Of a stretch of 23,081 nucleotides of DNA, positions 9,829 through 18,291 are shown piece by piece. The position numbers and the translations under genes were made by a program. Within the stretch, counting starts at the first letter, position 1; every line of letters begins with the position of its first letter. This stretch comes from Candidatus Fervidifonticultor quintus (GTDB taxonomy: Bacteria; Sysuimicrobiota; Sysuimicrobiia; Sysuimicrobiales; Humicultoraceae). The stretch spans positions 1 to 23,081 of the forward strand of contig JAVKIJ010000048.1 in the NCBI GenBank assembly GCA_031459535.1, read 5' to 3'. The notes under the pieces were generated by a model. The model was not told the DNA's origin and ran no database searches. It saw nothing but the letters and a program-made list of their open reading frames with translations.

Positions 9829-10644
9829 TCAGCGCTCCGGCCGCCCGTCGATCAGGATGAGCACTTCCTCCAGGTGGTCCAGACCGGCCGTGGGCCGCAC
9901 CACGGCTTCCTGGTAGATCGCGCCCGGCTCACGGATCACGCTGACCACCGTTCCCACCGGCAGCCCCCGGGGGAAGACGCCGGCCAGTCCCGAGGTCACC
10001 AACAGGTCGCCGGGCGCGACCTCGCGAGAACGGGCCACGTACTTCAGCCGCAGCTCACCGCTGCCCTGCCCCTCGACAACCGCCGCCTCCCTCGACCGCT
10101 GGAGGATCACGCCAACCGCGCTGCGCGGGTCGGTGACCAGCAGCACCTGGGCGGTCGTCGGGGTCACCGCCGTCACCCGGCCGACAATCCCGTCGGCCGT
10201 GACCACCGGCGCATTGCGAAGCACGCCGTCCCGGGCGCCCCGATCGACCACGATCAGCGCAAACCACCGGGAACTGTCGCGGCCGATGACGCGCGCACCG
10301 ATGGCGCGGCCCGGTAACTGCTGCTTGAACGCGAGCAGCCGCTCCAGGCGCTGCGTGGCCTGCGCCTGCTCCCGTAACCGTGTGGCTTCCTCCGAGAGCC
10401 GCTCCACCTCTTCCCGCAGCCGGCGGTTCTCCACCCTGAGCTGGCCGATCTCGGTGTAGACGCGCCAGAACCGTGCCACGGCGTCGCCCACGCGGGCCAG
10501 CCCGGCCTGCGCTGGACCCATGATCCCGAGCACCCACGACCCCACCGGCCCGACGGCACGCCGGTCTGCCAGGCGCACCTGAGCCGTCAGCAGCACAAGA
10601 GCCGCCACCGCTAACCCTGCCAGTAACGCCAGCCGCGACCTCAC
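9829..10644 (-). CDS. mreC: Rod shape-determining protein MreC
   Basis: N-terminal TM, coiled coil ENRRLREE, ARVIGRD, GIVGRV, VTSGLAGVFPRGLPVG. Confidence 0.95.
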   Translation of the reverse strand: MRSRLALLAGLAVAALVLLTAQVRLADRRAVGPVGSWVLGIMGPAQAGLARVGDAVARFWRVYTEIGQLRVENRRLREEVERLSEEATRLREQAQATQRLERLLAFKQQLPGRAIGARVIGRDSSRWFALIVVDRGARDGVLRNAPVVTADGIVGRVTAVTPTTAQVLLVTDPRSAVGVILQRSREAAVVEGQGSGELRLKYVARSREVAPGDLLVTSGLAGVFPRGLPVGTVVSVIREPGAIYQEAVVRPTAGLDHLEEVLILIDGRPER

Positions 10645-10680
10645 GGCCCTGCAACCCAGAGACGGCCCCGCAGGGGCTCG

Positions 10681-11718
10681 CTACGCCCGCTTCGAGGCAA
10701 CCAGCACCTTCCGCAACGAGTCCAGGTCCTCAAGCACGCGGCCGGTGCCCATAACCACCGCAGCCAGCGGGTCGTCGGTGATGGAGACAGGCATCCCGGT
10801 CTCCTCGGAGAGGAGCCGATCCATGCCCCGGAGCAGCGCCCCGCCGCCCGTGAGGATGATACCCCGATCGGCGATGTCGGCGGCCAGTTCCGGCGGGGTC
10901 CGTTCCAGTGTCTGCTTCACGGCACCCACGATGGCCTGGACTGGTTCGGCCATGGCTTCGCGGATCTCGGCGCTGGTCATGCGCACCGTCCTCGGCAGGC
11001 CCGAGACGAGGTCGCGGCCCCGGACGTCCACGGCGTTCTCCTCGCGCACCGGGAAGGCCGAGCCGACGGCGATCTTGATCTCCTCAGCCGATCGCTCACC
11101 GATCAGCAGGTTGTAGGCTCGCCGGGCGTACTGAATGATCGCTTCGTCACACTCGTCACCCGCCACCCGGATCGAGCGGCTGGTGACGATGCCGCCCAGC
11201 GCGATGACCGCCACCTCGGTGGTGCCGCCACCGATGTCCACGATCATGCTACCGATAGGCTCGGAGACCGGCAGGCCAGCGCCGATCGCCGCGGCCATGG
11301 GCTCCTCGATGAGATAGCTATCGCGGGCCCCCGCCTGGAGCGTCGCGTCCACCACCGCGCGCTTCTCGACCTCGGTGCAACCCGAGGGGATACCCACGAC
11401 CACCCGCGGCCGAATCCACATCCGCCCGTTAGCGGCTCTGCGGATGAAGTACGTCATCATGGATGCGGTCGTGTCGAAGTCGGCGATGACCCCATCGCGC
11501 AGCGGCCGGGTGGCGACAATGTCCCCGGGCGTACGGCCGATCATGCGCTTGGCCTCCTCGCCCACGGCCAGCACCTGCCCATCGTCGAGCCGCTTGGCCA
11601 CCACCGAGGGCTCCCGGACCACGATGCCCTGGCGTCGAACGTAGACCAGCGTATTCGCGGTCCCCAGGTCCACGCCCATGTCCTTGCTCACGTGCGAGAG
11701 CAATGCGTCGAAGATCAT
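10681..11718 (-). CDS. mreB: Actin-like rod shape-determining protein MreB
   Basis: [53 protein letters not shown] 11718 with GGAGG RBS. Confidence 0.98.
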   Translation of the reverse strand: MIFDALLSHVSKDMGVDLGTANTLVYVRRQGIVVREPSVVAKRLDDGQVLAVGEEAKRMIGRTPGDIVATRPLRDGVIADFDTTASMMTYFIRRAANGRMWIRPRVVVGIPSGCTEVEKRAVVDATLQAGARDSYLIEEPMAAAIGAGLPVSEPIGSMIVDIGGGTTEVAVIALGGIVTSRSIRVAGDECDEAIIQYARRAYNLLIGERSAEEIKIAVGSAFPVREENAVDVRGRDLVSGLPRTVRMTSAEIREAMAEPVQAIVGAVKQTLERTPPELAADIADRGIILTGGGALLRGMDRLLSEETGMPVSITDDPLAAVVMGTGRVLEDLDSLRKVLVASKRA

Positions 11719-11729
11719 CCCTGCCTCCC

Positions 11730-12410
11730 TCAGCCGGCGAGTATGCCGCGCTCGCGCAGGCTCGTAAACCGACCATCGCCGATAATGACGTGATCGAGCA
11801 CCTCTATGCCCACGACCCGACCCGCATCCCGCAGGCGGACCGTGATGCGGACGTCGTCGCCCGAGGGCTCCGGATTGCCGGACGGGTGGTTGTGCACCAG
11901 CACGACCGCGGCCGCGCTGTGCCGCACCGCTTCTTTGAACACCTCGCGGGGATGGATCGGCGCCGAATCCAGACCACCCACCGCTACAGGGGTCATGCCC
12001 AGAACCTGGTGCCGGGTGTTGAGCAGGATGGCACGGAAGTGCTCGCGGTCCAGGTGCCGCATATGCGGTCCGGCCAGCGCGGCCACGTCGGCCGGAGTGC
12101 GTATGGCAGGCCGCTGGGCCGGCGGGGTGCGTTGCAGGCGGCGGCCCAGCTCGAACGCGGCCAGCACCGCGCCCGCCTTCGCCGGACCGATGCCACGCTG
12201 CCGGGCCAGCTCGGCTGGGTGGGCCCGGCTGAGCGCCGCCAGCGATCCATACGCCGCCAGGAGCCTGCCGGCCAGCTCGCCGGCGCTGACCGCCCTGGTA
12301 CCGGTGCGCAACAGCACGGCCAACAGCTCGGGAGTAGACAACGCATCCGCACCGGCCGACAGTAGGCGCTCCCTGGGACGGTCTTCTGGTGGAAGGGCTC
12401 TTACCACCAT
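11730..12410 (-). CDS. radC: RadC family JAB-domain protein
   Basis: [22 protein letters not shown], HhH GIGPAKA, HPREVF, HNHPSG..PS..D, LDHVIIG. Confidence 0.95.
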   Translation of the reverse strand: MVVRALPPEDRPRERLLSAGADALSTPELLAVLLRTGTRAVSAGELAGRLLAAYGSLAALSRAHPAELARQRGIGPAKAGAVLAAFELGRRLQRTPPAQRPAIRTPADVAALAGPHMRHLDREHFRAILLNTRHQVLGMTPVAVGGLDSAPIHPREVFKEAVRHSAAAVVLVHNHPSGNPEPSGDDVRITVRLRDAGRVVGIEVLDHVIIGDGRFTSLRERGILAG

Positions 12411-12489
12411 GCACGCTCCGGATCCGGCAGCCTGGAGGGCCCCACACGCCCCGCAGGGAGGCGACGGGCCGGACCGGAGAAGGAGGGCG
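12411..12489 (-). promoter_or_regulatory. Putative RBS-sequestering RNA structure in the maf-radC spacer
   Basis: Minus-strand CTCCGGTCCGGC (12479-12468) pairs with GCCGGATCCGGAG (12428-12416, one bulge); the 3' arm contains the radC SD GGAG. Confidence 0.45.
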
Positions 12490-13107
12490 TCAGATCGTGG
12501 GCACGCCCACCGATAGCAGCATGCGCGCGAGCCGCGCCAGCGGGAGACCGACTACGGTGAAATAGTCTCCCTCCAACCTCTCCACGAAGAGTGCCGCACG
12601 GCCCTGGATGCCGTACGCCCCCGCCTTATCCATCGGCTCGCCGGTCGCCACGTACCGGGTGATCTCGTCCGGTGACAGGCGCCGGAACCAGACCGTGGTG
12701 GTCTCGTCTTCGGCCAGCACCAGCCCGGAGCGCCCCTGGGCGACCACAACCCCGGTCGTCACCTGATGGGCCCGACCCGAGAGCCGGTGGAGCATGGCCG
12801 CAGCCTCTGAGGCATCGGCCGGCTTGCCCAGCGCGATGCCATCAACGACCACCATGGTGTCGGCGGCGATGACGACCGCCTCCGGCTGCGCATCCACCGC
12901 AGGCCGCGCCTTGTCCAGCGCTGCCTGTCTGACGCGCGCCCGCACCGCGTCGAGGGTCCACCCCGGACCGCCCGCCGCCGGGCTTGCCGGAACCGCTCCC
13001 CGCGTCTCGTCCTCCGCACCGGTGGGCCAGATCGCAAAGGACCATCCCACCTGACGGAGGAGCTCGGCTCGCCGCGGAGAGGCGGAGGCCAGCACCAATT
13101 GCGGCAC
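12490..13107 (-). CDS. maf: Maf family nucleotide pyrophosphatase (YhdE-like)
   Basis: LVLASASPRRAELL, IAADT, LGKP, LSGRAHQVTTG, EPMDKAGAYGIQG, VVGLPL. GTG 13107 chosen for its GAGGA RBS; the ORF track starts at 13137. Confidence 0.95.
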   Translation of the reverse strand: MPQLVLASASPRRAELLRQVGWSFAIWPTGAEDETRGAVPASPAAGGPGWTLDAVRARVRQAALDKARPAVDAQPEAVVIAADTMVVVDGIALGKPADASEAAAMLHRLSGRAHQVTTGVVVAQGRSGLVLAEDETTTVWFRRLSPDEITRYVATGEPMDKAGAYGIQGRAALFVERLEGDYFTVVGLPLARLARMLLSVGVPTI

Positions 13108-13146
13108 CCCGTTCCTCACAGGTGCCGAAATTCCCACATCACATTG

Positions 13147-13175
13147 AGTATACCAGCGCGGGTCCGAGGCTACAA
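13147..13175 (-). promoter_or_regulatory. Sigma70-type promoter for the maf-radC-mre operon
   Basis: TTGTAG (13175-13170), 17 nt spacer, TATACT (13152-13147) with extended -10 TG. The -35 overlaps the stop codon of the upstream gene. Confidence 0.65.
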
Positions 13176-13433
13176 CAAACGGTAGATCCAGATCGCCACG
13201 ATGACGCCCAGCACCATGGCGAGATTCAGGCGCAGGATGCCGCCCAGCGTGACGCTGACGATCCGGAGATCCAGGGTGATCGGGGGGTCGATCCCGGCGC
13301 GCACCTCGCGCGCCAGGAACCCAAGCACGGGGTACCCGACCACGGCCTCGGCGATCACGCTCCCGAGCAGGCCGCCCAGGAGCACAATGACCAGCAGGAC
13401 GTACCAGGGATTGCGTCCCGCCCGGCGCGCCAC
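13170..13433 (-). CDS. Small membrane protein, DUF4321-like
   Basis: GGLLGSVIAE...LDLRIVSVTLG..LRLNL..LG pattern, two hydrophobic segments, typical position upstream of maf. Confidence 0.75.
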   Translation of the reverse strand: MARRAGRNPWYVLLVIVLLGGLLGSVIAEAVVGYPVLGFLAREVRAGIDPPITLDLRIVSVTLGGILRLNLAMVLGVIVAIWIYRLL

Positions 13434-13436
13434 GGG

Positions 13437-14171
13437 CTACTCCGTCACCGGTTCGACGCCTGCCGACGGCCTGGGCGCCACCAGCCGTGCCATCCAGATG
13501 CTCAACTCGTAGAGCAGATAGGTGGGTACCGCCATCAGGAGCTGGGAGACCACGTCGGTACCCGGCGTGAGCACTGCGGCGAGAATCACGATGGCCACAA
13601 TCGCGTATCGCCGCGTTCCGGCCAGTGTCGCCGGAGAGACCACCCCTGCGCGTGCCAGGAAGACGACCACGATTGGCACCTGGAAGACACCGCCAAAAGC
13701 CAGCACAAAGGCGATGACAAACGAGAGGGTCGGGCCGATCGCCAGCAACGGCTGGAGGGTCTGGGTCTGATAACTGAGCAGCACGCGAATGCCGATGGGC
13801 ATGATGACGAACAGGCCGAACGCGGCGCCGAGCACGAACAGCACCAGGGAGGGCGGCAGCATCAATAGGACCATGCGGCGCTCGCTCTGGGTGAGGCCCA
13901 CGGCCACGAACGCCCAGAGCTGATAGAGAATCACGGGCAGCCCGATGAAGACACCAATGAAGAGGGCGATCTTGAGCCGCACGAACAGTGCCTCGGCGGG
14001 AGCGAAGAACACGATGCGGTCCACGCCGATGGTGCGCACCAGAAAGTCCAGCACGCGGTCCACGAAAAGGAACCCCACAACGGAGCCGGCTCCCAGGGCC
14101 GCGAACGCCAGGAGGAGCCGCCGACGCAGCTCCTCCAGGTGTTCGACAATGGTCATCGGCCGGTCTTCCAT
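13437..14171 (-). CDS. tatC: Twin-arginine translocase subunit TatC
   Basis: MTIVEHLEELRRRL, PAEALFVRLK, YQLWAFV..GL, FGGVFQVP, RRYA, TPGTDVVSQ, LYELSI. Confidence 0.97.
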   Translation of the reverse strand: MEDRPMTIVEHLEELRRRLLLAFAALGAGSVVGFLFVDRVLDFLVRTIGVDRIVFFAPAEALFVRLKIALFIGVFIGLPVILYQLWAFVAVGLTQSERRMVLLMLPPSLVLFVLGAAFGLFVIMPIGIRVLLSYQTQTLQPLLAIGPTLSFVIAFVLAFGGVFQVPIVVVFLARAGVVSPATLAGTRRYAIVAIVILAAVLTPGTDVVSQLLMAVPTYLLYELSIWMARLVAPRPSAGVEPVTE

Positions 14172-14177
14172 GGCGGC

Positions 14178-14360
14178 CTAGGCGTCGGGCTTGGACGGCT
14201 TGGCGTCGTTCACCTCGTCCTCGACGTCGCGCATCGCCTTGCGGAACTCCTTGATGGTCTTGCCCGCCGCCGCGCCGAGCCCGGCCAGCCGGTTGGCGCC
14301 GAACAACAGCAGCAAGATCAGCAGGATGATCAACAGTTCCGTGGGGCCAACGTTGGGCAT
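14178..14360 (-). CDS. tatA: Twin-arginine translocase TatA/TatE subunit
   Basis: MPNVGPTELLIILLILLLLFG..L..LG...GKTIKEFRKAM; ATG 14360 with GGAGGAG RBS. Confidence 0.95.
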   Translation of the reverse strand: MPNVGPTELLIILLILLLLFGANRLAGLGAAAGKTIKEFRKAMRDVEDEVNDAKPSKPDA

Positions 14361-14381
14361 GCTCGTCTCCTCCGCTCTCCC

Positions 14382-14387
14382 ATTATA
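14382..14387 (-). promoter_or_regulatory. -10 element (TATAAT) upstream of tatA
   Basis: Perfect TATAAT 21 nt upstream of the tatA ATG in a very GC-rich context; no good -35 at 17 bp. Confidence 0.55.
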
Positions 14388-14607
14388 GGGGCCCGGCCCG
14401 CCGGCCGCCACCCGTCGCATCAGGCGGGACGGTGGGTGCGTCTGCCGACCGGAGGTGAGCCACCACGCCCTGTGCGGTCTTCATCAGACGGAACATCTCG
14501 ACGGCCACGGCGACCAGGTGCCCGGGCGGCCGGCCGGGCGCCGGGCGGTGCGCCCACCGCCGGCGGAGCGCGGCGATGTCTCGGCCGATGCGTTGGTGTA
14601 GGACCGT
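14383..14607 (-). other. Possible small ORF (74 codons) after the holin-like gene, with non-canonical ACG start, or a decayed gene
   Basis: AAGGAG, 5 nt, then ACG overlapping the upstream TAA (TAACG). The frame is open through the whole spacer (TVLHQRIGRDIAALRRRW...). Confidence 0.35.
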
Positions 14608-15005
14608 TAGTTCTCCTTCAGGAACAGGCTCCGCAGCCACCGGATCTCCTCCTCCACCCGCGCGGCCCAGGCCGCGCGCCGTCGCCGCACGCGGCGGACG
14701 CCGACCAGCACCAGAGCGGCCATGGTAGCCGCAACGACGACCAGCACGAGGAGCACAGCGGCCCACGCAGGCACCCACAGGCTGACGATCAGCACCAGGC
14801 TTGCCAGGCCCAGGCCGATCGCAAAGAGCCCGAGCACGGCCGCAGCGCCCACCATGGCTGCCGCCACGCCCACGTCACGCGCCATGCCCCGGGCATGGGT
14901 GTCGATCGCTCGGCCGTAGAGCCGCAGCAGCGCGGTCAAGTCGGCGAGCAGGCGACGCACGATCTCGCCGGTGGGCTCGGCTGGCGAGGGGCGGCCTTCG
15001 TCCAC
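14607..15005 (-). CDS. Phage holin family (Holin-X/YqjE-like) membrane protein
   Basis: N-terminal amphipathic GEIVRRLLADLTALLR, two TM segments with PAWAAVLLV, C-terminal VEEEIRWL. Confidence 0.7.
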   Translation of the reverse strand: MDEGRPSPAEPTGEIVRRLLADLTALLRLYGRAIDTHARGMARDVGVAAAMVGAAAVLGLFAIGLGLASLVLIVSLWVPAWAAVLLVLVVVAATMAALVLVGVRRVRRRRAAWAARVEEEIRWLRSLFLKEN

Positions 15006-15011
15006 GGCCGC

Positions 15012-17012
15012 TTACTTCCAAGCGGGCGCGGCCTTCTCCTCCGACCGCGTGGCTGGGACGGCGGGGGCCCGCAGCGCGGCGTCTGCGGCCCGCCAGCGCA
15101 GTAGCCGCAGACCGTTGAGCACCACGACCACGGTGCTGGCCTCGTGGCCGACGACCCCAAACGCCAGCCGCAGGCCGCCGAACAGCGCCGCGGCCACGAG
15201 GCCGACGATGACCGCCCCGGCGAACGCCAGGTTCTGGAAGACCACCCTGCGGGCCCGGCGGGCCAGGGCGACGGCGAAGACGAGCCGACGCAGGTCGTCG
15301 TGCATCAACACCACGTCAGCCGTCTCCAGCGCCGCGTCGGTACCCGTGCGCCCCATGGCCACGCCCACACTGGACACGGCCAGGGCTGGCGCGTCGTTTG
15401 CGCCGTCGCCGACCATGGCCACGGTGCGACCGGCCGCGCGCAGGCGCCGTATGACGTCCACCTTCTCTTCTGGCAACAGGCGCGCCTCAACGTGGAAGAC
15501 GCCCAGGCGTGCAGCCACCGCGGTGGCCACGCGCTCGTTGTCCCCGGTGATGATGCCGATGTGCGCGATTCCCATGCGGCGCAGAGCGTCAACGACCGCG
15601 GGCGCCTCGTCGCGGACCACGTCGGCGAGGCCGACCACGCCCAGTACCCGGGCGCCGGCGGCGACCAGCACCGCAGTGCGGCCGTCGGCCTCCAGACGCG
15701 CCAGCGCGTCCCGGGCCGGGGCGGGCACCTGGATGCCGAGGGATGCCATCAACGCCGGGCCGCCCACCGCGACGTCGGTGCCGTCCACGGACGCCACCAC
15801 TCCCTGCCCGGGCACGCTGCGGAAGGTTTCGGGCAGGCGCACGTCCACAGCGTCGGCGCGCGCCGCGGCCACGATGGCGCGGGCGAGGTGGTGCTCGGAG
15901 CGCTGTTCGGCGGACGCGGCCACCGCGAGGAGTGCCCGCCGATCCACGTCGGCCAGCGGCACCACATCGGTGACACCCAGGACTCCCCGCGTCAGCGTCC
16001 CGGTCTTGTCGAAGACGACGGCACCGACCGAGGCCAGGGCTTCCAGGGCGGCGCCGCCCTTGAAGAGCACGCCGGCCCGTGCGGCGTTGGCGATACCGGA
16101 GAGCACGGAGGCCGGCGTCGAGATCACCAGGGCGCATGGGGAAGCGACCACCAGCAGGGTCATGGCGCGGTAGAACGCCTCTGCCGGCGCCCACCCCCAG
16201 ACGAGCGGCAGCGCGGCGCCCACGGTCGTGCTGGCAACGATCACACCAATGGCGTACGGTTGACCCAGTCGGTCGATCAACCGCTGCACCGGCGCGCGCT
16301 GTGACTGCGCCTCGGCCACCAGGCGAATGATGCGGGCCAGCGTGGTCTCCGCCGCTGGCTTCGTGACTTCGATCTCCAGCAGGCCGGAGCCGTTGATGGT
16401 GCCGGCGAACACGTCGTCGCCCGCGCAGCGCAGGACCGGCACCGACTCGCCGGTGATGGGCGATTGGTCCACCTCTGAGCAGCCGGCAATGACCCGACCA
16501 TCGAGGGGCAGGCGCTCGCCCGGCCGCACGACCACCGTCTCGCCCACTGCCACGGTCTCCACGGTCACCAGCCGTTCCCCGTCGGGCCGCCGCACCAGCG
16601 CCCGGTCGGGCCGCAGCCGCATCAGCGCCTCGATGGCCCGGCGCGTACGGGCCATGGCGTAGTGCTCAAGCGTGTTGCTCAACGAGAACAGAAAGAGCAG
16701 GATGGCGCCCTCGTCCCAGGCATGGAGTACCGCGGCGCCGGCGGCCGACAGCAGCATGAGGAGATTGACGTCGACGCGCCGCCGCCGCAGGGCAGCCCAC
16801 GCCGCGCGGGAGGCGACGAGGCCGCCGGCGAGGTAGGCGAGGGCATACGCACTGTGCGCCACCACCTCCCGCCCGGCCCGCGCCGACGCGGCGCCGGCCA
16901 GCAGCGCCACCAGTGTGGTCCCGGTCAGGACAGCCTGCGCGTGGCGGTCGAGAGACAGGCGCCAGGGTCGGGGCGGCGCGCTCGCCGCCGGCGCGGCGGG
17001 CGCGCCGGTCAT
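15012..17012 (-). CDS. Heavy-metal translocating P-type ATPase, P1B-4-like
   Basis: ITGES, SPC in TM4 (VASPCALVISTP), DKTGTLT, SEHHLA, GDGANDAPAL, HEAST in TM6; no N-terminal CxxC domain. Confidence 0.93.
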   Translation of the reverse strand: MTGAPAAPAASAPPRPWRLSLDRHAQAVLTGTTLVALLAGAASARAGREVVAHSAYALAYLAGGLVASRAAWAALRRRRVDVNLLMLLSAAGAAVLHAWDEGAILLFLFSLSNTLEHYAMARTRRAIEALMRLRPDRALVRRPDGERLVTVETVAVGETVVVRPGERLPLDGRVIAGCSEVDQSPITGESVPVLRCAGDDVFAGTINGSGLLEIEVTKPAAETTLARIIRLVAEAQSQRAPVQRLIDRLGQPYAIGVIVASTTVGAALPLVWGWAPAEAFYRAMTLLVVASPCALVISTPASVLSGIANAARAGVLFKGGAALEALASVGAVVFDKTGTLTRGVLGVTDVVPLADVDRRALLAVAASAEQRSEHHLARAIVAAARADAVDVRLPETFRSVPGQGVVASVDGTDVAVGGPALMASLGIQVPAPARDALARLEADGRTAVLVAAGARVLGVVGLADVVRDEAPAVVDALRRMGIAHIGIITGDNERVATAVAARLGVFHVEARLLPEEKVDVIRRLRAAGRTVAMVGDGANDAPALAVSSVGVAMGRTGTDAALETADVVLMHDDLRRLVFAVALARRARRVVFQNLAFAGAVIVGLVAAALFGGLRLAFGVVGHEASTVVVVLNGLRLLRWRAADAALRAPAVPATRSEEKAAPAWK

Positions 17013-17734
17013 AGATCGATCAGCCCTTTGCGCACCGCATAGCGGACCAGGTGCGCCCGGTCGTGGAGGTCGAGCTTCTCCATGATGTGGGTACGGTGGG
17101 TCTCCACGGTCTTGACGCTGATGTGCAAGATCTCGGCAATCTCCCGGTTCGTCTTGCCGTTGGCGATCAGGCGTACGACCTGCCGCTCCCGCTCCGTGAG
17201 GCCGTCGAACCGCGCTCGATCGTCCTCCCTGACTGCCCGGCTCTCATACTCCGTGACTAGGCGCCGGGCGACTACCGGGTGGAGGAACGTGTGCCCGCTG
17301 GCCACGGCGCGCACCGCATCCACCAGGTCGCGGGCGCTAGCCCGTTTGAGGACGTAGCCCGAGGCGCCGGCCTTCACCAGTTCGTAGAAGTACGCCTCGT
17401 CCTCGTGCATGGTGAGGATCACGATGCCGACCTCGGGCATCAGGCTCTTGATCTGCCGTGTGGCCTCGACGCCGTTGAGGCGCGGCATACTCACGTCCAG
17501 GCAGACCACATCGGGCCGCAGGCTCTGCGCTAGGTCCACCGCGACCTCGCCGTCGCCGGCCTCGCCGACGACCTCGATGTCGGGCTCGGCGGTCAGCAGA
17601 CGCCGGATGCCCTCGCGTACGATGGCGTGATCCTCGGCGATGAGCACGCGCAGGACCTTGTGGCGCCGGGCCGCTGCCGCACCGGACCGCTCTGCCGGTC
17701 CTGCGTCCGAGTGGCGTTCCGACGTGGTGGTCAC
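17009..17734 (-). CDS. NarL/LuxR-family response regulator (NreC-like)
   Basis: REC motifs IAEDH, LDVSMP (phospho-Asp), ILTMH, GYVLK; HTH LTERERQV..IANGKTNREIA..ISVKTVETHR..IMEKL. The true start may be slightly downstream. Confidence 0.93.
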   Translation of the reverse strand: MTTTSERHSDAGPAERSGAAAARRHKVLRVLIAEDHAIVREGIRRLLTAEPDIEVVGEAGDGEVAVDLAQSLRPDVVCLDVSMPRLNGVEATRQIKSLMPEVGIVILTMHEDEAYFYELVKAGASGYVLKRASARDLVDAVRAVASGHTFLHPVVARRLVTEYESRAVREDDRARFDGLTERERQVVRLIANGKTNREIAEILHISVKTVETHRTHIMEKLDLHDRAHLVRYAVRKGLIDL

Positions 17735-18291
17735 GGCGCCACCCCTGCCGGGCGGGCTGCCAGGACCTCGCGCCGCCCGCGTTCGAGTGCCGCCAAGTTG
17801 CGGGCGCGCGCCTCGGGATCTGCCACCTTCTCTTCCAGGGCCGCCCGGATGCTGTCCTCAGAGAGGATCGGCCGCGCGGCCAGCAGGGCGCCCAGGATCA
17901 CCACGTTCGCCGACCGGATCGAGCCCAGCTCTCTGGCAATCTGTGTGGCCGGGAGGGCCACCGACTCGACGTCGGATCGCGTCGGGGCGCGTTCGACCAT
18001 GGTCCCATCGGTGATGACCAGCCCGCCGGAGCGCATTGCCGGCTCGAACCGGTCGAGGGAAGGCCGGTTCATGGCAATCAGGATCGTGGGGTCGGCCACG
18101 ACCGGTGAGGCGATGGGCTCATCGCTGATGATCACCGTGCAGTTGGCGGTGCCGCCGCGCTGCTCGGGGCCATAGGAGGGCAGCCATGTCACGTGGAGGT
18201 CCTCGCGGACAGCCGCGTGGGCGAGGACCTCGCCCAGAAACATGACGCCCTGGCCCCCAAAGCCTGCAATGATGATCTCATGGGTGGGCAT
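17731..18291 (-). CDS. 2-oxoacid:ferredoxin oxidoreductase gamma subunit
   Basis: [36 protein letters not shown]. Confidence 0.93.
   Translation of the reverse strand: MPTHEIIIAGFGGQGVMFLGEVLAHAAVREDLHVTWLPSYGPEQRGGTANCTVIISDEPIASPVVADPTILIAMNRPSLDRFEPAMRSGGLVITDGTMVERAPTRSDVESVALPATQIARELGSIRSANVVILGALLAARPILSEDSIRAALEEKVADPEARARNLAALERGRREVLAARPAGVAP

Noticed and set aside
10681..12447. Apparent N-terminal extensions or fusions in ORF-track entries (mreB 588 aa, rodA 621 aa, thioesterase 382 aa, OFOR alpha and beta 417-418 aa, rplU 155 aa)
   Set aside because: The extensions overlap upstream genes in another frame, and each gene has a better internal start with an RBS or ATGA coupling. 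I saw no slippery sites suggesting programmed frameshifting.
11730..15005. Prophage or mobile element suggested by the holin-like gene and radC
   Set aside because: There are no integrase, endolysin, structural genes or att repeats. radC is the full-length chromosomal type in its usual maf-radC-mreB position, and Holin-X proteins are commonly chromosomal.
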